A stretch of 64,000 bases of DNA from an uncultured bacterium (GTDB taxonomy: Bacteria > Patescibacteriota > Minisyncoccia > Phycocordibacterales > Phycocordibacteraceae): assembly GCA_947085985.1 (NCBI GenBank), contig CAMTYL010000004.1:61547-125546 (forward strand). Direction: 5' to 3'. A program made the position numbers and the translations under genes. Below are positions 39,761 through 50,244 of the stretch, one piece after another. A model generated the notes under the pieces. The model was not told where the DNA came from. It was given only the letters and a program-made list of their open reading frames with translations, and did not search any database. Each line of letters opens with the position of its first letter. The stretch's first letter is position 1.

Positions 39761-41223
39761 TAGCGATGCACGAGTAGGAATAGTGCGCCATACAAAAGCA
39801 CGACGATAAAAAATGGAAACTGCGCAATCGTGTGTGCGGCGAGCGGAAGCTCGGCACTTATCGTTGCAATTGAAATGATTACGGAGAGTACCACGTATGC
39901 GGGAAGCCCTGCGATTGGTGCTACGACAGGAAGCACGAGCCCCACGATTCCTGCAACGAACGATAGCAGCATCGCAAGCGGCACGAGTGGAAGCGCAAGT
40001 ATGTTTGCAGGAACTGATACGAGTGAGAGTGTGCCGGTTTGGTAGAGAAGAAGTGGAAGCACAAACGCCTGCGCGGAAATAGTTGTGGCACACACCTCAC
40101 GCAGCACGCTACTACGTATCCATGCTAGCCATCCTGAAACAATGGGTGCGCCCACAATGATGCCAAGTGTTGCGGCAAACGAAAATTGAAACCCGGGATC
40201 GTGAAGAAGCAGGTAGGGATTCCACGCAACCATCAGCACAAACACTACGAGCAAGATACGTAACGCGTCATACGTTCTACCTGTGGCACGAGCAAACAAA
40301 CCGACACACGCCATTGCTCCTGCACGGAACGCCGAAGCTCCGGCGCCGGCAGAAAGTACAAAGAGTACAATCGTAAGCGCGGCCGCACTTGTGGCAAGCA
40401 TCTTTGGCGCACGTCGCAACATGCGCATGACCGCCTCGGCGACAATCATGACGTTGTACCCGGACAAAACCACAATGGGGAGCAGTCCCGAGAGAGTGAA
40501 CGCAAGCAGTAACTCTTTCCCAAGACCTTGTTTGCCACCTACAAGCATTCCCATTGCAAGCGAGCTTGCCGGTTCGGGAATGGCTGCTGACACTCCTTCT
40601 GCAAATTCTTTGCGCACGATAAAGAGTGTGCGGAGTATCTGCATAGAGAGTGGCACTGATGCTCCCCCTATTTCTACGTCGGCTCTGGGCAGCATGAGTA
40701 CAATGCCGTCTTTGCGAAGATAGGCTGGGTAATCAAACACGCGCCCGCCAAGTGTTTCAAATGGTTCCGGGTAGGAGAGCTCGCCCGTGACACGCACCGA
40801 GTCTCCATAGAGCAGTACGGGGTGCAGTGGCACCACCGCAAGCACGCGCTCACGCGCACTTCCTCGCACTACCTCCACAACAACTCTCTGTGATGACTCA
40901 CGAATGTCGGGGTCTGCTACGATCACCCCGTCATACGTCCCCGCCGTGTGGATGTGTGCCACAAACACTTCCGGCACACGGTGCTCTGCGAGCGTCATGC
41001 GCGCACTGCCAAGCACTACGCTCAACAGAAACACTGCCGTGAGTGTGTACGCAAGAACTCTCCACAACACTCCAGCACCCACAAGTACAAGTGCCACAAG
41101 AACGATGAACGCCAGCACGTGCCACTCGTATATAAAAAGTGAGCGGCATGCAATGCCGCTCACTAGTCCGATTCCTCCTATCAAAAGACCCGGGCGCATC
41201 ATTGCTCCTAAGCGTATGTTCAA
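39724..41223 (-). CDS. comEC: ComEC/Rec2 competence channel protein (DUF4131 plus competence domain, no MBL domain)
   Basis: polytopic membrane protein with the ComEC core. Confidence 0.8.
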   Translation of the reverse strand: MNIRLGAMMRPGLLIGGIGLVSGIACRSLFIYEWHVLAFIVLVALVLVGAGVLWRVLAYTLTAVFLLSVVLGSARMTLAEHRVPEVFVAHIHTAGTYDGVIVADPDIRESSQRVVVEVVRGSARERVLAVVPLHPVLLYGDSVRVTGELSYPEPFETLGGRVFDYPAYLRKDGIVLMLPRADVEIGGASVPLSMQILRTLFIVRKEFAEGVSAAIPEPASSLAMGMLVGGKQGLGKELLLAFTLSGLLPIVVLSGYNVMIVAEAVMRMLRRAPKMLATSAAALTIVLFVLSAGAGASAFRAGAMACVGLFARATGRTYDALRILLVVFVLMVAWNPYLLLHDPGFQFSFAATLGIIVGAPIVSGWLAWIRSSVLREVCATTISAQAFVLPLLLYQTGTLSLVSVPANILALPLVPLAMLLSFVAGIVGLVLPVVAPIAGLPAYVVLSVIISIATISAELPLAAHTIAQFPFFIVVLLYGALFLLVHRYTKTTPHPRGAG

Positions 41224-41239
41224 AAATTTTCATATGCAA

Positions 41240-41316
41240 GGCACGAGCGAGGACGACGGCGAGCTGTACGAGTCTGTACAGCGAACCGTTCCCGCAGCAA
41301 GAAACGCAGCAGATGG
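41240..41316 (+). repeat. conserved intergenic element, copy F (GGCACGAGCGAGG ... CTGTACGAGTCTGTACAG ... CCCGCAGCAAGAAACGCAGCAGATGG)
   Basis: between the comEC start and rnhA stop; more diverged. Confidence 0.55.
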
Positions 41317-41335
41317 AAGTTTTGGGACGTGCGCC

Positions 41336-41752
41336 CTAGCGACCTCGGTCCATCGCTTCATTCGCTAATGCATCAGCCTCTGTGTTGTCCTCGCGATACA
41401 CGTGCGTAAACGTAAGTGCCTTAAAATTTCTTCCGACCTCTTTTACCTTTGCTGCCAGTGGCACAATATTTGGATGCTTGATTTTGTATTCCCCATTCAT
41501 CTGCCTCACCACCAGCTGACTATCAAGCCGTGCTTCTACTGACGCGCTAGCACTCGCTGCACCAAGCAGTGCGAATAGTCCTTCTAGTGCAGAGAGGAGT
41601 GCGGTGTACTCTGCGACGTTATTGGTTGTGACACCAAGATACTGCGAGACCGTCACCACCTGCACACCCTCCTCGTCGCGCACGAGTGCACCTGCCCCAG
41701 CAGGACCTGGGTTTCCACGAGAGCCTCCATCGGCGTACAAAACAAAATGCAT
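41336..41752 (-). CDS. rnhA: ribonuclease HI
   Basis: YADGGSRGNPGPAG and the DEDD catalytic residues. Confidence 0.85.
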   Translation of the reverse strand: MHFVLYADGGSRGNPGPAGAGALVRDEEGVQVVTVSQYLGVTTNNVAEYTALLSALEGLFALLGAASASASVEARLDSQLVVRQMNGEYKIKHPNIVPLAAKVKEVGRNFKALTFTHVYREDNTEADALANEAMDRGR

Positions 41753-41837
41753 GATGGCAGCAGTATACCAAACCTCTCCCTACCAAATTCAAAACACTAC
41801 CATATATGGTAGTGTTTCCGTTTTGTGATTCTGACTA

Positions 41838-43562
41838 CTATCTGATACCAAGCAGGCGTAGTCGTACGGGCTGACCGCGAGAGAACTGATCGCGCTCAAG
41901 GAAGGCGTGCACATGCACCTCACTTCCTGGTGAGATTCGATCGGGAGCCTTGCCCAAATCACGGCGGGCAAAAAATGCAATCGCCTCGAGCGGTCCCTCT
42001 TCGCGCTTGATGTACACACGTAAATGCTCAGACGATTTTCCAAACCACGCGATTCGCTCAATGCGAACATGTTGCAGTGACACCGTTGGCTTTGGATTGC
42101 CCATACCAAACGGAGCGAGCATTTCTAACTGCTTCAAAAGCGCGTGAGTAATGTCGCTTGCAGAAAGTACTAAGTCCGCACGAACATCTTCCACTCCTCC
42201 CTTGTGGGCCAACCGTGCGTGCGCTTCTGCCAACTTCTTTGGTAAATCAAACACTGCTTCTGGAAGCACAGAGAATCCGCCCGCCGCTGCGTGCCCACCA
42301 AACCCCGCAAGCACTCCCGCGTCTACTTCTTGCATCAACTCCACCACATGCACATTTCCCGGGCCTCCACGACAGGAACCCTTCAGTGCCTCATTCCCCT
42401 CGCGTCCCCACAAAAAAACTGGTCGCTCGTATTCGTCGGCAATACCACTTGCAACCAGCCCCAGTAGTCCTGGTCGCCACTCGGGGTCACCAAGCACGAT
42501 GACGGAGGGAATGTCGCCTTCAGCTTCGCGCAAACGCTCAAGCTTAGCGTGCACACTTTTGGTAATTGCTCCTGCCGACGCTTTGCGAGAACGGTTCACT
42601 GCCTCAAGCGTGCGGGCGAGTTCTGTGGCCTCGTCTTCACTTGTCGTAGTGAGAAGTTCAAATGCGTCGCGCGGGTTTCCCATGCGACTCGCCGCGTTGA
42701 TTCGGGGCGCTATCATAAAGCCGACATCATCCTCGGTTATGAATCGTTGATTCACGCGCGCTATGGCGCAGAGTTTCTGAAAGCCAATGCGTGGAGACTT
42801 GCGCATTACTAAGAGTCCGTACTTTGCAATAACTCTGTTCTCTCCAGTCAGCGGCACCATGTCGGCAATGGTTGCGAGTCCTGCCAAATCTAGGAGCCAC
42901 TTTTCCCAGCCGACCGGTATAAGCTCTCGCCCGACAAAGCCGTGAGCCAACACCGCGCACACGAGTTTCCAGGCAACGCCTGCACCACAGAGAGACTTGT
43001 ATGGATACGTTTCTTCTTCGCGAGCGTTTGGGTTTAGAATCGCAAACGCATCTGGCAGCTTTTCTTGCGGCAGGTGGTGGTCGGTGACAATCACGTCCAT
43101 GCCAAGCTCGCGCGCGCGTGCAATTGCCTCCACATCAGTAATACCTGAATCAACGGTGATGATGAGCGTGGTTCCCTCTTTAGCGAGCGTTTCAATTCCC
43201 GCACTGTTCACGCCGTATCCTTCTAGGTGGCGGTGCGGAATGTAGTTGGTAAAGTTTGCGCCCGCCTTTTTTAGAAAATCATGCATCAAGGAGCCTCCGG
43301 GAATCCCGTCGCAGTCGTAATCACTCCACACCGTGATGCGCTCGTGGTTATTGATAGCTTCTGCAACACGCGCAGCGGCCTTTGCCATATCCAACATTAA
43401 AAATGGGTCGTGGATGTGCTCTTCGTAGGAGGGGGCGAGAAACGCAGCAGCCTCTTCCCGAGTAGTGACTCCGCGGCGAACCAAGAGCGAGGCGGTCAGG
43501 TCGTCGTACGCAGAAAGCTCCTTGCGAATGGTCTCATCTATGACGTCGTGGAGGGTGAACAT
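41838..43562 (-). CDS. recJ: single-stranded-DNA-specific exonuclease RecJ
   Basis: DHH motifs (DYDCDG, VTDHH) and DHHA1 domain. Confidence 0.9.
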   Translation of the reverse strand: MFTLHDVIDETIRKELSAYDDLTASLLVRRGVTTREEAAAFLAPSYEEHIHDPFLMLDMAKAAARVAEAINNHERITVWSDYDCDGIPGGSLMHDFLKKAGANFTNYIPHRHLEGYGVNSAGIETLAKEGTTLIITVDSGITDVEAIARARELGMDVIVTDHHLPQEKLPDAFAILNPNAREEETYPYKSLCGAGVAWKLVCAVLAHGFVGRELIPVGWEKWLLDLAGLATIADMVPLTGENRVIAKYGLLVMRKSPRIGFQKLCAIARVNQRFITEDDVGFMIAPRINAASRMGNPRDAFELLTTTSEDEATELARTLEAVNRSRKASAGAITKSVHAKLERLREAEGDIPSVIVLGDPEWRPGLLGLVASGIADEYERPVFLWGREGNEALKGSCRGGPGNVHVVELMQEVDAGVLAGFGGHAAAGGFSVLPEAVFDLPKKLAEAHARLAHKGGVEDVRADLVLSASDITHALLKQLEMLAPFGMGNPKPTVSLQHVRIERIAWFGKSSEHLRVYIKREEGPLEAIAFFARRDLGKAPDRISPGSEVHVHAFLERDQFSRGQPVRLRLLGIR

Positions 43563-43607
43563 GCCGTCGCATTGTACCCCAGAGTGTCTATTGTATGCTT
43601 GGGGGAT

Positions 43608-44021
43608 ATGGAAGACAGCATTTTTTCAAAGATTGTTCGAAAGGAAATCCCTGCAGATATTGTGTATGAGGACGAGCACACCCTCGCCTTTCTAGACATT
43701 GCACCAAACGTACTAGGGCACACACTCGTGATTCCAAAAGAGCCGTTCAGAAACATCTTTGATATCGACGAGGAAACTCTTGCACGGGTTATGGAGACGG
43801 TGCGGAAAGTGGCCCCAGCAGTTCGCGACTCTGTAGGAGCCAAGGGTGTGCATATTAACTCAAATCACGAGCACGAGGGTGGTCAGGAAGTATTCCACCT
43901 TCACTTCCACATCATTCCTCGTCACGCACGCGAAGAATTTGAATTTTGCTGGCCTAAAATTGAGCTTAATCGTAGTAAGGCCGACGCAATCGCCGAAGCT
44001 ATTCGCAAGAATATTGTTTAA
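43608..44021 (+). CDS. HIT-family (histidine triad) hydrolase
   Basis: HLHFHIIPR triad; start at ATG 43608 with SD GGGGGA. Confidence 0.85.
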   Translation: MEDSIFSKIVRKEIPADIVYEDEHTLAFLDIAPNVLGHTLVIPKEPFRNIFDIDEETLARVMETVRKVAPAVRDSVGAKGVHINSNHEHEGGQEVFHLHFHIIPRHAREEFEFCWPKIELNRSKADAIAEAIRKNIV

Positions 44022-45151
44022 CGCGAAAGCGCGCCTATTCCTGGGAGCGACCCCTGTGCTAAGAATTCAAGCATAGCGCCCCCTCCCGTTGAGATAAATC
44101 CGAAGCGGTCGTTTAATCCGAGCTTTTCTATCGCTGCAACAGTGTCTCCCCCACCCACAATGGAGTGCGCGCTACTCTTTGCGATGGCACGCGCAAGCGC
44201 CTCGGTCCCCTCGGTATACCCATTCTCATAATTCCCCAGTGGCCCGTTCCACAGAATAGTCTTTGCTTTACTGCAAAGTCCCGCAAGCATCTCCACCGTC
44301 TTTGGGCCGTCGTCCAAAATTGCTTCAAATGGCGCGACACCATCAAGCACGCCGACACGCCCCCCACCCCTACTCCCAGGCTCTCCAATCACCGTATCAA
44401 GCGGTAGCAGAAGTCGCTTATGAAGAAGCAGTGCACGTATTTCTTCCTGTCCCTCCGTAGAGCGTAGCGACAACTCGGTCGGAATACCTTGCTCTGCCAT
44501 AAAGTCGTTTGCCAGTGCTCCTCCCACAAATACGTTGGTGTAGCCAGACAACAATCGCCTCAGTACCGCTTGTTTTGTCGCGAATTTTGCGCCACCGATA
44601 ATGGCAAGTGAGGGTGATTTTGGCTTTAGCGCACGCGAGAGCTCGCGCACTTCTTCTTCGACCAAGAGCCCTGCATAGGAAGGCAGAAATGTGGGAACGC
44701 CAACAACCGAGGCGTGCGCCCGGTGACACACATCAAACGAGTCCTGCACAAATACATCCGCAAGTTGCGCTAACTCGCGCGCAAACGCTTCATCGTTCAG
44801 CTTCTCGCCCCGCTGCCTGCGCACGTTTTCAAGCATTAAAACTTCTCCCGCAGGGAGCGCCCTCACAGCGGCAAGCGCCTGTGGCCCCGTAGTGACCGGG
44901 CAAAAAGCGATGCGCGGAAAGAACTCTTTCATTGCCTCATACACGGGGAGTAGCGTCTCCGTCCCCTGGTCTCCTATGTGTCCCAGCAAAATTACTTTTG
45001 CGTGCCGCGAAAGTAAATACTCAATCGTTGGCAGTGCTTGGCGCAACCGGAAGTTCCCAGCCACTTTCCCATCTGCAACGGGAACGTTCAGTGCGCACCG
45101 CACTAAGACAGGGACATTTTCCAATTTTTTGCATTCTGAGAGCAACTTCAT
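44018..45151 (-). CDS. pgk: phosphoglycerate kinase
   Basis: C-terminal FISTGGGAMLEFL, N-terminal substrate-binding region. Confidence 0.9.
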   Translation of the reverse strand: MKLLSECKKLENVPVLVRCALNVPVADGKVAGNFRLRQALPTIEYLLSRHAKVILLGHIGDQGTETLLPVYEAMKEFFPRIAFCPVTTGPQALAAVRALPAGEVLMLENVRRQRGEKLNDEAFARELAQLADVFVQDSFDVCHRAHASVVGVPTFLPSYAGLLVEEEVRELSRALKPKSPSLAIIGGAKFATKQAVLRRLLSGYTNVFVGGALANDFMAEQGIPTELSLRSTEGQEEIRALLLHKRLLLPLDTVIGEPGSRGGGRVGVLDGVAPFEAILDDGPKTVEMLAGLCSKAKTILWNGPLGNYENGYTEGTEALARAIAKSSAHSIVGGGDTVAAIEKLGLNDRFGFISTGGGAMLEFLAQGSLPGIGALSR

Positions 45152-45191
45152 TCCCCCATACTACCGCACGCGTGTCGTATACTATCCATAT

Positions 45192-45386
45192 ATGGAACCA
45201 ACACTCGCCGACGTAGCCCAAAAATTGGACGTCGTAGCTGCGTCAGTTGAAAAGACCCGCCGCTATATGCAGTGGACATTCATTATTACTACCGTTGCAC
45301 TCCTGCTTCCGCTTGTGGCGGCAATAGTGATTGTGCCGTTTGCGCTTTCTGGCTACGCCACGACTCTTGAAGCGCTCGTTCAGTAG
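45192..45386 (+). CDS. possible 64-aa single-TM protein
   Basis: ORF between pgk and tpiA; no SD. Confidence 0.25.
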   Translation: MEPTLADVAQKLDVVAASVEKTRRYMQWTFIITTVALLLPLVAAIVIVPFALSGYATTLEALVQ

Positions 45387-46124
45387 CTACTTGAGCGCCT
45401 GCAGAAGTGCAGTGTAGGTGAGCGGGTCAGCGCTTGCGTGGCCTACCAGAAATCCGTCTATTCCAGAACCGTCTGCAAGCACGGGTGCGTTGGCAGCTTC
45501 TGCAGACCCTCCGTAGAGCACGCGAATCTTTGCCGCTGCCTTTCCTGGCACAAAATCGCCGAGCACCTTTCTAATGTAGGAAACCATCTCGCGCAGGTCC
45601 TCTGCAGTGATTGCTTCGTCTGCCGTTTTCCCAATCGCCCACAGTGGCTCGTAGGCAACTATCACCTCCATACGTTCTTTCTGTGTGAGTGCATCAAAGA
45701 GTGAAGAGAGCTGCGAGCGGACCGTCTTTAAATACTGGGCGTCTTCATCTCGCTCGCGCTCCCCTACGCACAAAATAGGGGTGAGGCCGTGCGCAAGCGC
45801 ATGGCGCACTTTCTCAATAATGACAGCGTCTGTCTCTCCCATGGCGCGACGCTCTGAGTGACCAACGATAGTATAGGTGGCACCAAGAGACGCGACCGCT
45901 CCTGCAGTCACCTCTCCTGTTGCGGCTCCTCCAAGCGTAGCGGAGACATCCTGTGCTCCAAGTGAGAAACCTTTTTGCCCGGAGAACATTCCTATGTAGG
46001 GAGCAGGTACACAAAGTACGAGCTCGTGAGTACTTCCCTTTCCGAGCTTTTGTGCGGCTGTCACGAGCGCCTTTGCCGAAGCGCTTGATTCTACGTAGGC
46101 CTTCCAATTTGAGACGATGAGCAT
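45387..46124 (-). CDS. tpiA: triosephosphate isomerase
   Basis: NWK, GHSERR, VAYEPLWAIG, YGGS. Confidence 0.9.
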   Translation of the reverse strand: MLIVSNWKAYVESSASAKALVTAAQKLGKGSTHELVLCVPAPYIGMFSGQKGFSLGAQDVSATLGGAATGEVTAGAVASLGATYTIVGHSERRAMGETDAVIIEKVRHALAHGLTPILCVGERERDEDAQYLKTVRSQLSSLFDALTQKERMEVIVAYEPLWAIGKTADEAITAEDLREMVSYIRKVLGDFVPGKAAAKIRVLYGGSAEAANAPVLADGSGIDGFLVGHASADPLTYTALLQALK

Positions 46125-46213
46125 ATGCCCATAATGCTAGCACGCACACAAAAGAAAACAGCCCGTGACTTGGCACGAGCCGTTTTAGCCCCATGAAACT
46201 CTAGACCCGAAGG

Positions 46214-46624
46214 CTAGGGCTTATAGGAACAAAGGATTTCTTCTACGTCGCTCCCCATGCGGGCCAGCGCGAGAGGAGAGTACTCGCGTACCAACCCTTC
46301 GGACTGAAGAAGGAGTATTGGACCGGTGTAGAGAAAGTACAGAGTGAACAGTTCCTCCCCGCAAACGTTCTCACCGAAGAACTGCCACGCCTGCCGGCCA
46401 CCCGTTACAGGTGCAAAGAAGCGCAGCAGCGCAATACGCTCCAGCCGATAGTCCGCGTGGCTAGGCATGCCGTGCCCCGCTTCTTTCGTAGCGGTGACTA
46501 TGACTGCCCGGTGCAGGTGGATATTTTTCACCTGAGCAGCAACGATTCGCCGCTTCGCGTGCTCCATGCGTACATGAACGCTTGGCTCAAACAGACCAAT
46601 CGTCAATCTAGAAGGTACCGACAT
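46214..46624 (-). CDS. hypothetical protein at the distal end of the pilus cluster
   Basis: 136-aa ORF; no motif. Confidence 0.45.
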   Translation of the reverse strand: MSVPSRLTIGLFEPSVHVRMEHAKRRIVAAQVKNIHLHRAVIVTATKEAGHGMPSHADYRLERIALLRFFAPVTGGRQAWQFFGENVCGEELFTLYFLYTGPILLLQSEGLVREYSPLALARMGSDVEEILCSYKP

Positions 46625-46699
46625 TTCCCCACTCCCTTACTGACCTCCCGACGAAGTCTCTGTATCTGTTTTGCACGATAACTCAATAAAACGCAAGGA

Positions 46700-48121
46700 T
46701 TACTCCTGACGCCAGTCCACAAACTCGTAGTCGGTGGAGGTGTGTGGGGTGAACGGAGGCGGGTCGGTGGAAAGCTTTCTATCAAATGCATCAATACGCA
46801 ACTGGTACCCTGCGTCCCCTGACCAGCCGCACCCGTTTATCCACTGCGTACCCGTGCGGAGATTTGAAACGGTAGTTCCCAAAATAGTGAGCGTGCCCCG
46901 TGGCTCATAGGTTCCTGGGCAGCTGTAGAGGTTGCGACCAAATGCTCCGCCTTGTGCAATAAATACGCCGTTGAGCGTCATGTTCTGTGGCGAGTTTGGC
47001 GTAATGAGTACGTTATTTTCAGCGATGAGTGTGAGTCCGTCCGTGCCATCTGTAGCTGCGTACGTTAGATTTCCTGGAAGCATCACGTTTGGGGCAATAC
47101 CCGTAGTGGTCACGTTTGCTGCGACCACAGTCACCTTTCTATCCACCACGCCATCCACCCACAAGTTGTCCTCCACAAAGATGAGGCCGCAGTTTGCGGG
47201 AATAGTGTATGTGCCATACAGCGTTTCGTTTGAGATCAGAGTCCTATCAAGAGAGTCCGCTGGGTTTATGTACGTGGAGGAGAGCGAGGTGGTGGAAGTC
47301 ACCCTACGCACCGTCACCGTCCCATTACCATTAAACGTGAGCCGGTAGCCGCGCCAATAGTTAGCCTGATTACTGTTTCCCGAGCTGTAGCGCGGAAAGT
47401 ATAGGCCGCTTGCGTTAGCAGTTGTTTTCAAGTTAGTGAAGTCCGCAGCAATACCGGCAAAATCTACCTGTGGCACCGGGTATTCCCACAAGGACTGATT
47501 CGGCCCCGCTCCCCACACACCAGCCTTTGTCTGATTTGGCGAGCAACCAAACGACGAGGTGCACAACCATGACGCGAGTGAACTGGTCACCGGAGCATTG
47601 GCCGTTCCGTCCATACGAATACCGCCATTGCTGTGGTAGGGGCCTGAAATAATGCGGTCATCGCCCGCCCATACGGTGCTGTTTAGCACGTAGGAGAACT
47701 GTGCCACGGTTGGCCTAGCGTAGCGCGCGACAATGGTTCGGTCGGCCGTGGGGTTCTCAATAGGTGTTCCGGTAGAGCGAATATCAATTGAGGTGGTTTG
47801 ACCGCAGGATGCGTTGCCAGTGATATTGAGCGTAACGGTTCCGGTCTGTCCGCCTTCTGGATCTTGATAGGGAATGGTGTAGGGACCGGGGGCTCCCGTG
47901 CCGTTTTGCAAATCGTTCGGGTTATGTGCCAAGACCCAGCGGTAGTACTCAAGTCCGGCTTCTGCAATAGCCAGGCCACGCGTACCTTCTGTCGCGTTCA
48001 TTTGAAGTCTGTTTTCAGTGAGCACGAAGCTTGCGAGAGCCCCGAGCACGCCAAAAAAGATTGAACCGAACACCAGTGCAGTGAGCATGAGGTAGCCACG
48101 AGTTGGTGCGTAGTGTTTCAT
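46700..48121 (-). CDS. large pilin-like/pilus-associated protein (non-canonical N-terminal TM segment, Asn/Thr/Gly-rich body)
   Basis: start at ATG 48121 abutting the upstream pilin gene; N-terminal hydrophobic helix then ENRLQ. Confidence 0.5.
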   Translation of the reverse strand: MKHYAPTRGYLMLTALVFGSIFFGVLGALASFVLTENRLQMNATEGTRGLAIAEAGLEYYRWVLAHNPNDLQNGTGAPGPYTIPYQDPEGGQTGTVTLNITGNASCGQTTSIDIRSTGTPIENPTADRTIVARYARPTVAQFSYVLNSTVWAGDDRIISGPYHSNGGIRMDGTANAPVTSSLASWLCTSSFGCSPNQTKAGVWGAGPNQSLWEYPVPQVDFAGIAADFTNLKTTANASGLYFPRYSSGNSNQANYWRGYRLTFNGNGTVTVRRVTSTTSLSSTYINPADSLDRTLISNETLYGTYTIPANCGLIFVEDNLWVDGVVDRKVTVVAANVTTTGIAPNVMLPGNLTYAATDGTDGLTLIAENNVLITPNSPQNMTLNGVFIAQGGAFGRNLYSCPGTYEPRGTLTILGTTVSNLRTGTQWINGCGWSGDAGYQLRIDAFDRKLSTDPPPFTPHTSTDYEFVDWRQE

Positions 48122-48122
48122 A

Positions 48123-48701
48123 CTAATTGCGAAGATTTCGGAGCGTGGCAGTTCGCTCAAGCGTGACAATGTTTGGTGCGCGCTGTGGGTTTAAGTCAGT
48201 TTGCAACTGAATCCGCACCGAACGAATTGCTGCCACATCAATGGCGCCCGTCAGTTCAACACCCGCAGCGTTGTAGTAGCGAAAGAGCGGTGATGCGGCC
48301 GTGTTAGTAACGTACGTAGCCAGAGTAGAAATAGTCTCTGGTTGCGAAGCGTAGGAGGGCGGGTTCCCTCCTGCATTGGTGACTGCGCGGTACAGCGTAC
48401 CACCTGAGAGATAGAGTCGTATTTTTTCAACGGGTCTGTCGCTGTCTACATCGCTAAAGAACGTAATGGTTGACGTTGCTGCCGCGGATATGGGATAGGA
48501 GCCATCTTCACCATAGGAGGCCTCACGAATGTCTCGGTGCGATACGGTAAGACCGCGTGTAGCACTATCAATGGCGCTTGTCTGTTCTAGCAGGTAGGCG
48601 TTGGAGCGGTAAAAAAACGCAATCATGCCTGAGAGAGCGATACCTGCCGTACCAAGTATCGCAACCACTACCAATGTCTCCGCCAACGTGAATGCTTTCA
48701 T
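48123..48701 (-). CDS. type IV pilin-like protein with prepilin-type N-terminal cleavage/methylation motif
   Basis: MKAFTLAETLVVVAILG (near-canonical G/A-FTL-E). Confidence 0.7.
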   Translation of the reverse strand: MKAFTLAETLVVVAILGTAGIALSGMIAFFYRSNAYLLEQTSAIDSATRGLTVSHRDIREASYGEDGSYPISAAATSTITFFSDVDSDRPVEKIRLYLSGGTLYRAVTNAGGNPPSYASQPETISTLATYVTNTAASPLFRYYNAAGVELTGAIDVAAIRSVRIQLQTDLNPQRAPNIVTLERTATLRNLRN

Positions 48702-48703
48702 AG

Positions 48704-50185
48704 TTACTCTAGTATAAGGTTGGCTTCAAACGGAACTCCTGGATCGAGAGTGAACGGACTTGGAGTTGAAGAGGCCGAATTGATTGAAAGCGTGATGCCA
48801 CTGAGTGTGTACACGTCCCACTCAAGTGACCCCGTGTAGGTGGCGATGCTTCCTGTCGTGCTCGCTATGGTTGTTTTGTAAATAGGTACGCCGGCTCCTG
48901 TAGAGCCCTTTTGCTTAGCTCCCGTTAGGGTGAAGGAGATATTTGGTAGTGGCACAGGCCCCTCGTCATACATAATCCCCCAATCAAGTATCTGTGACGT
49001 CGTGGTGGTGCTTGTCGTATTCAGTGTTGCAGCAAGTGCAAGTGTTGGGTACGTACTAGTTGCGACACTAGCAAGTGAAACGGGGAATGAAGAAAAACCA
49101 GCCGCATTTCCAGGAAGCACTCCGTCTGGCAGTGGCACACCAGCACTATCTACAACGCGCACCAGGGCAGTGGTTCCAGCTGGCACGGTGAGCGTGCCTT
49201 GAAGCTGTTTCCATGCAACTAGATACTGAGGAGCAATAGCTACTCCACGGGCGCTTCCCGAAAGCTCATACCCTGCCCCACCACTTGAAAGACGCAGACT
49301 CCCCCCACTTACGGCAGTACCTGTCTGCGAAGAAAGGCCTGCGGCATTCGCAAAGGTGTCTGTCGTTGTCGTAGCTCGAACTGGTGAGAATGTGCGGAGG
49401 GTAAACGGTGTCAGCGTATCAATACTAAAGGTGCTCGTCGTCGTCTGCGCCTTGGCAACCGTTAGATAGCCTGGTGTCGGGTTCTGGTTTGTGGCGTCGC
49501 GTGCGTAGGTCTGCGCGCTTGAATACCCACCCTTATCTACCGTTATTCGATACTCTGTGGACGTGGGTGCGCCCGGTAGCTGCACATAACCCAGAGCATT
49601 GCTAAAGGTGCTGAAGGAAATTGCGGGGGTCGTGGCGCTGTTTTGAATTGAGACCGTGGCACCCGCAACAGGTGCGCCAGCAGCGTTTACTACTGCCACT
49701 GCTAGCGTGCCACCGTCCCCCGTTGTCTCAAGTCCAGGCGGTGCGTAGTTAGAGAGTAGCGAAACAGTGTGCGGCACACTGCGCACGGTGTAGCTTACTT
49801 CAACCTTTATTTGCTTATAATCAGTTTGAATTCCATTAGTGTCAGCCGCACCATACCCGTCCTTTGGGTCATCTATATACACAATAAGTGTGCGCGTATT
49901 GTAGGTGACACCATTTACCATCTGAGTACTGGTAGCCTGCACGACCCCCGCGGGTATTCCGCCGATGGTTCCAACCAGGTCGTAGTCAAGACCGCGAATG
50001 TATTCAAGCTGTGTTTCCGCAACGGACGTGGCACCAGCGCGCGCTTTTGCTATGCCGGAAATAAGAAGAGAGGCACGCAAGAGTCCGATGAGTCCCACGA
50101 ACACAATAAGGATGAGTGCGCAGCCAACAATCACATCTACAAATGACATACCGCGCGGTGCGTTCATGTTTGTATGATAGCGCAC
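48704..50185 (-). CDS. pilin-like protein with degenerate prepilin N-terminus and CarboxypepD_reg-like beta domains
   Basis: RGMSFVDVIVGCALILIVFVGLIG hydrophobic N-terminus; T/S/G-rich repeats. Confidence 0.55.
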   Translation of the reverse strand: MRYHTNMNAPRGMSFVDVIVGCALILIVFVGLIGLLRASLLISGIAKARAGATSVAETQLEYIRGLDYDLVGTIGGIPAGVVQATSTQMVNGVTYNTRTLIVYIDDPKDGYGAADTNGIQTDYKQIKVEVSYTVRSVPHTVSLLSNYAPPGLETTGDGGTLAVAVVNAAGAPVAGATVSIQNSATTPAISFSTFSNALGYVQLPGAPTSTEYRITVDKGGYSSAQTYARDATNQNPTPGYLTVAKAQTTTSTFSIDTLTPFTLRTFSPVRATTTTDTFANAAGLSSQTGTAVSGGSLRLSSGGAGYELSGSARGVAIAPQYLVAWKQLQGTLTVPAGTTALVRVVDSAGVPLPDGVLPGNAAGFSSFPVSLASVATSTYPTLALAATLNTTSTTTTSQILDWGIMYDEGPVPLPNISFTLTGAKQKGSTGAGVPIYKTTIASTTGSIATYTGSLEWDVYTLSGITLSINSASSTPSPFTLDPGVPFEANLILE

Positions 50186-50244
50186 GAATGTACTGTTCCC
50201 TCAGACCTTCGGTGCTCTCAAATTTCTTCGGTGCTTTGTGCCTA

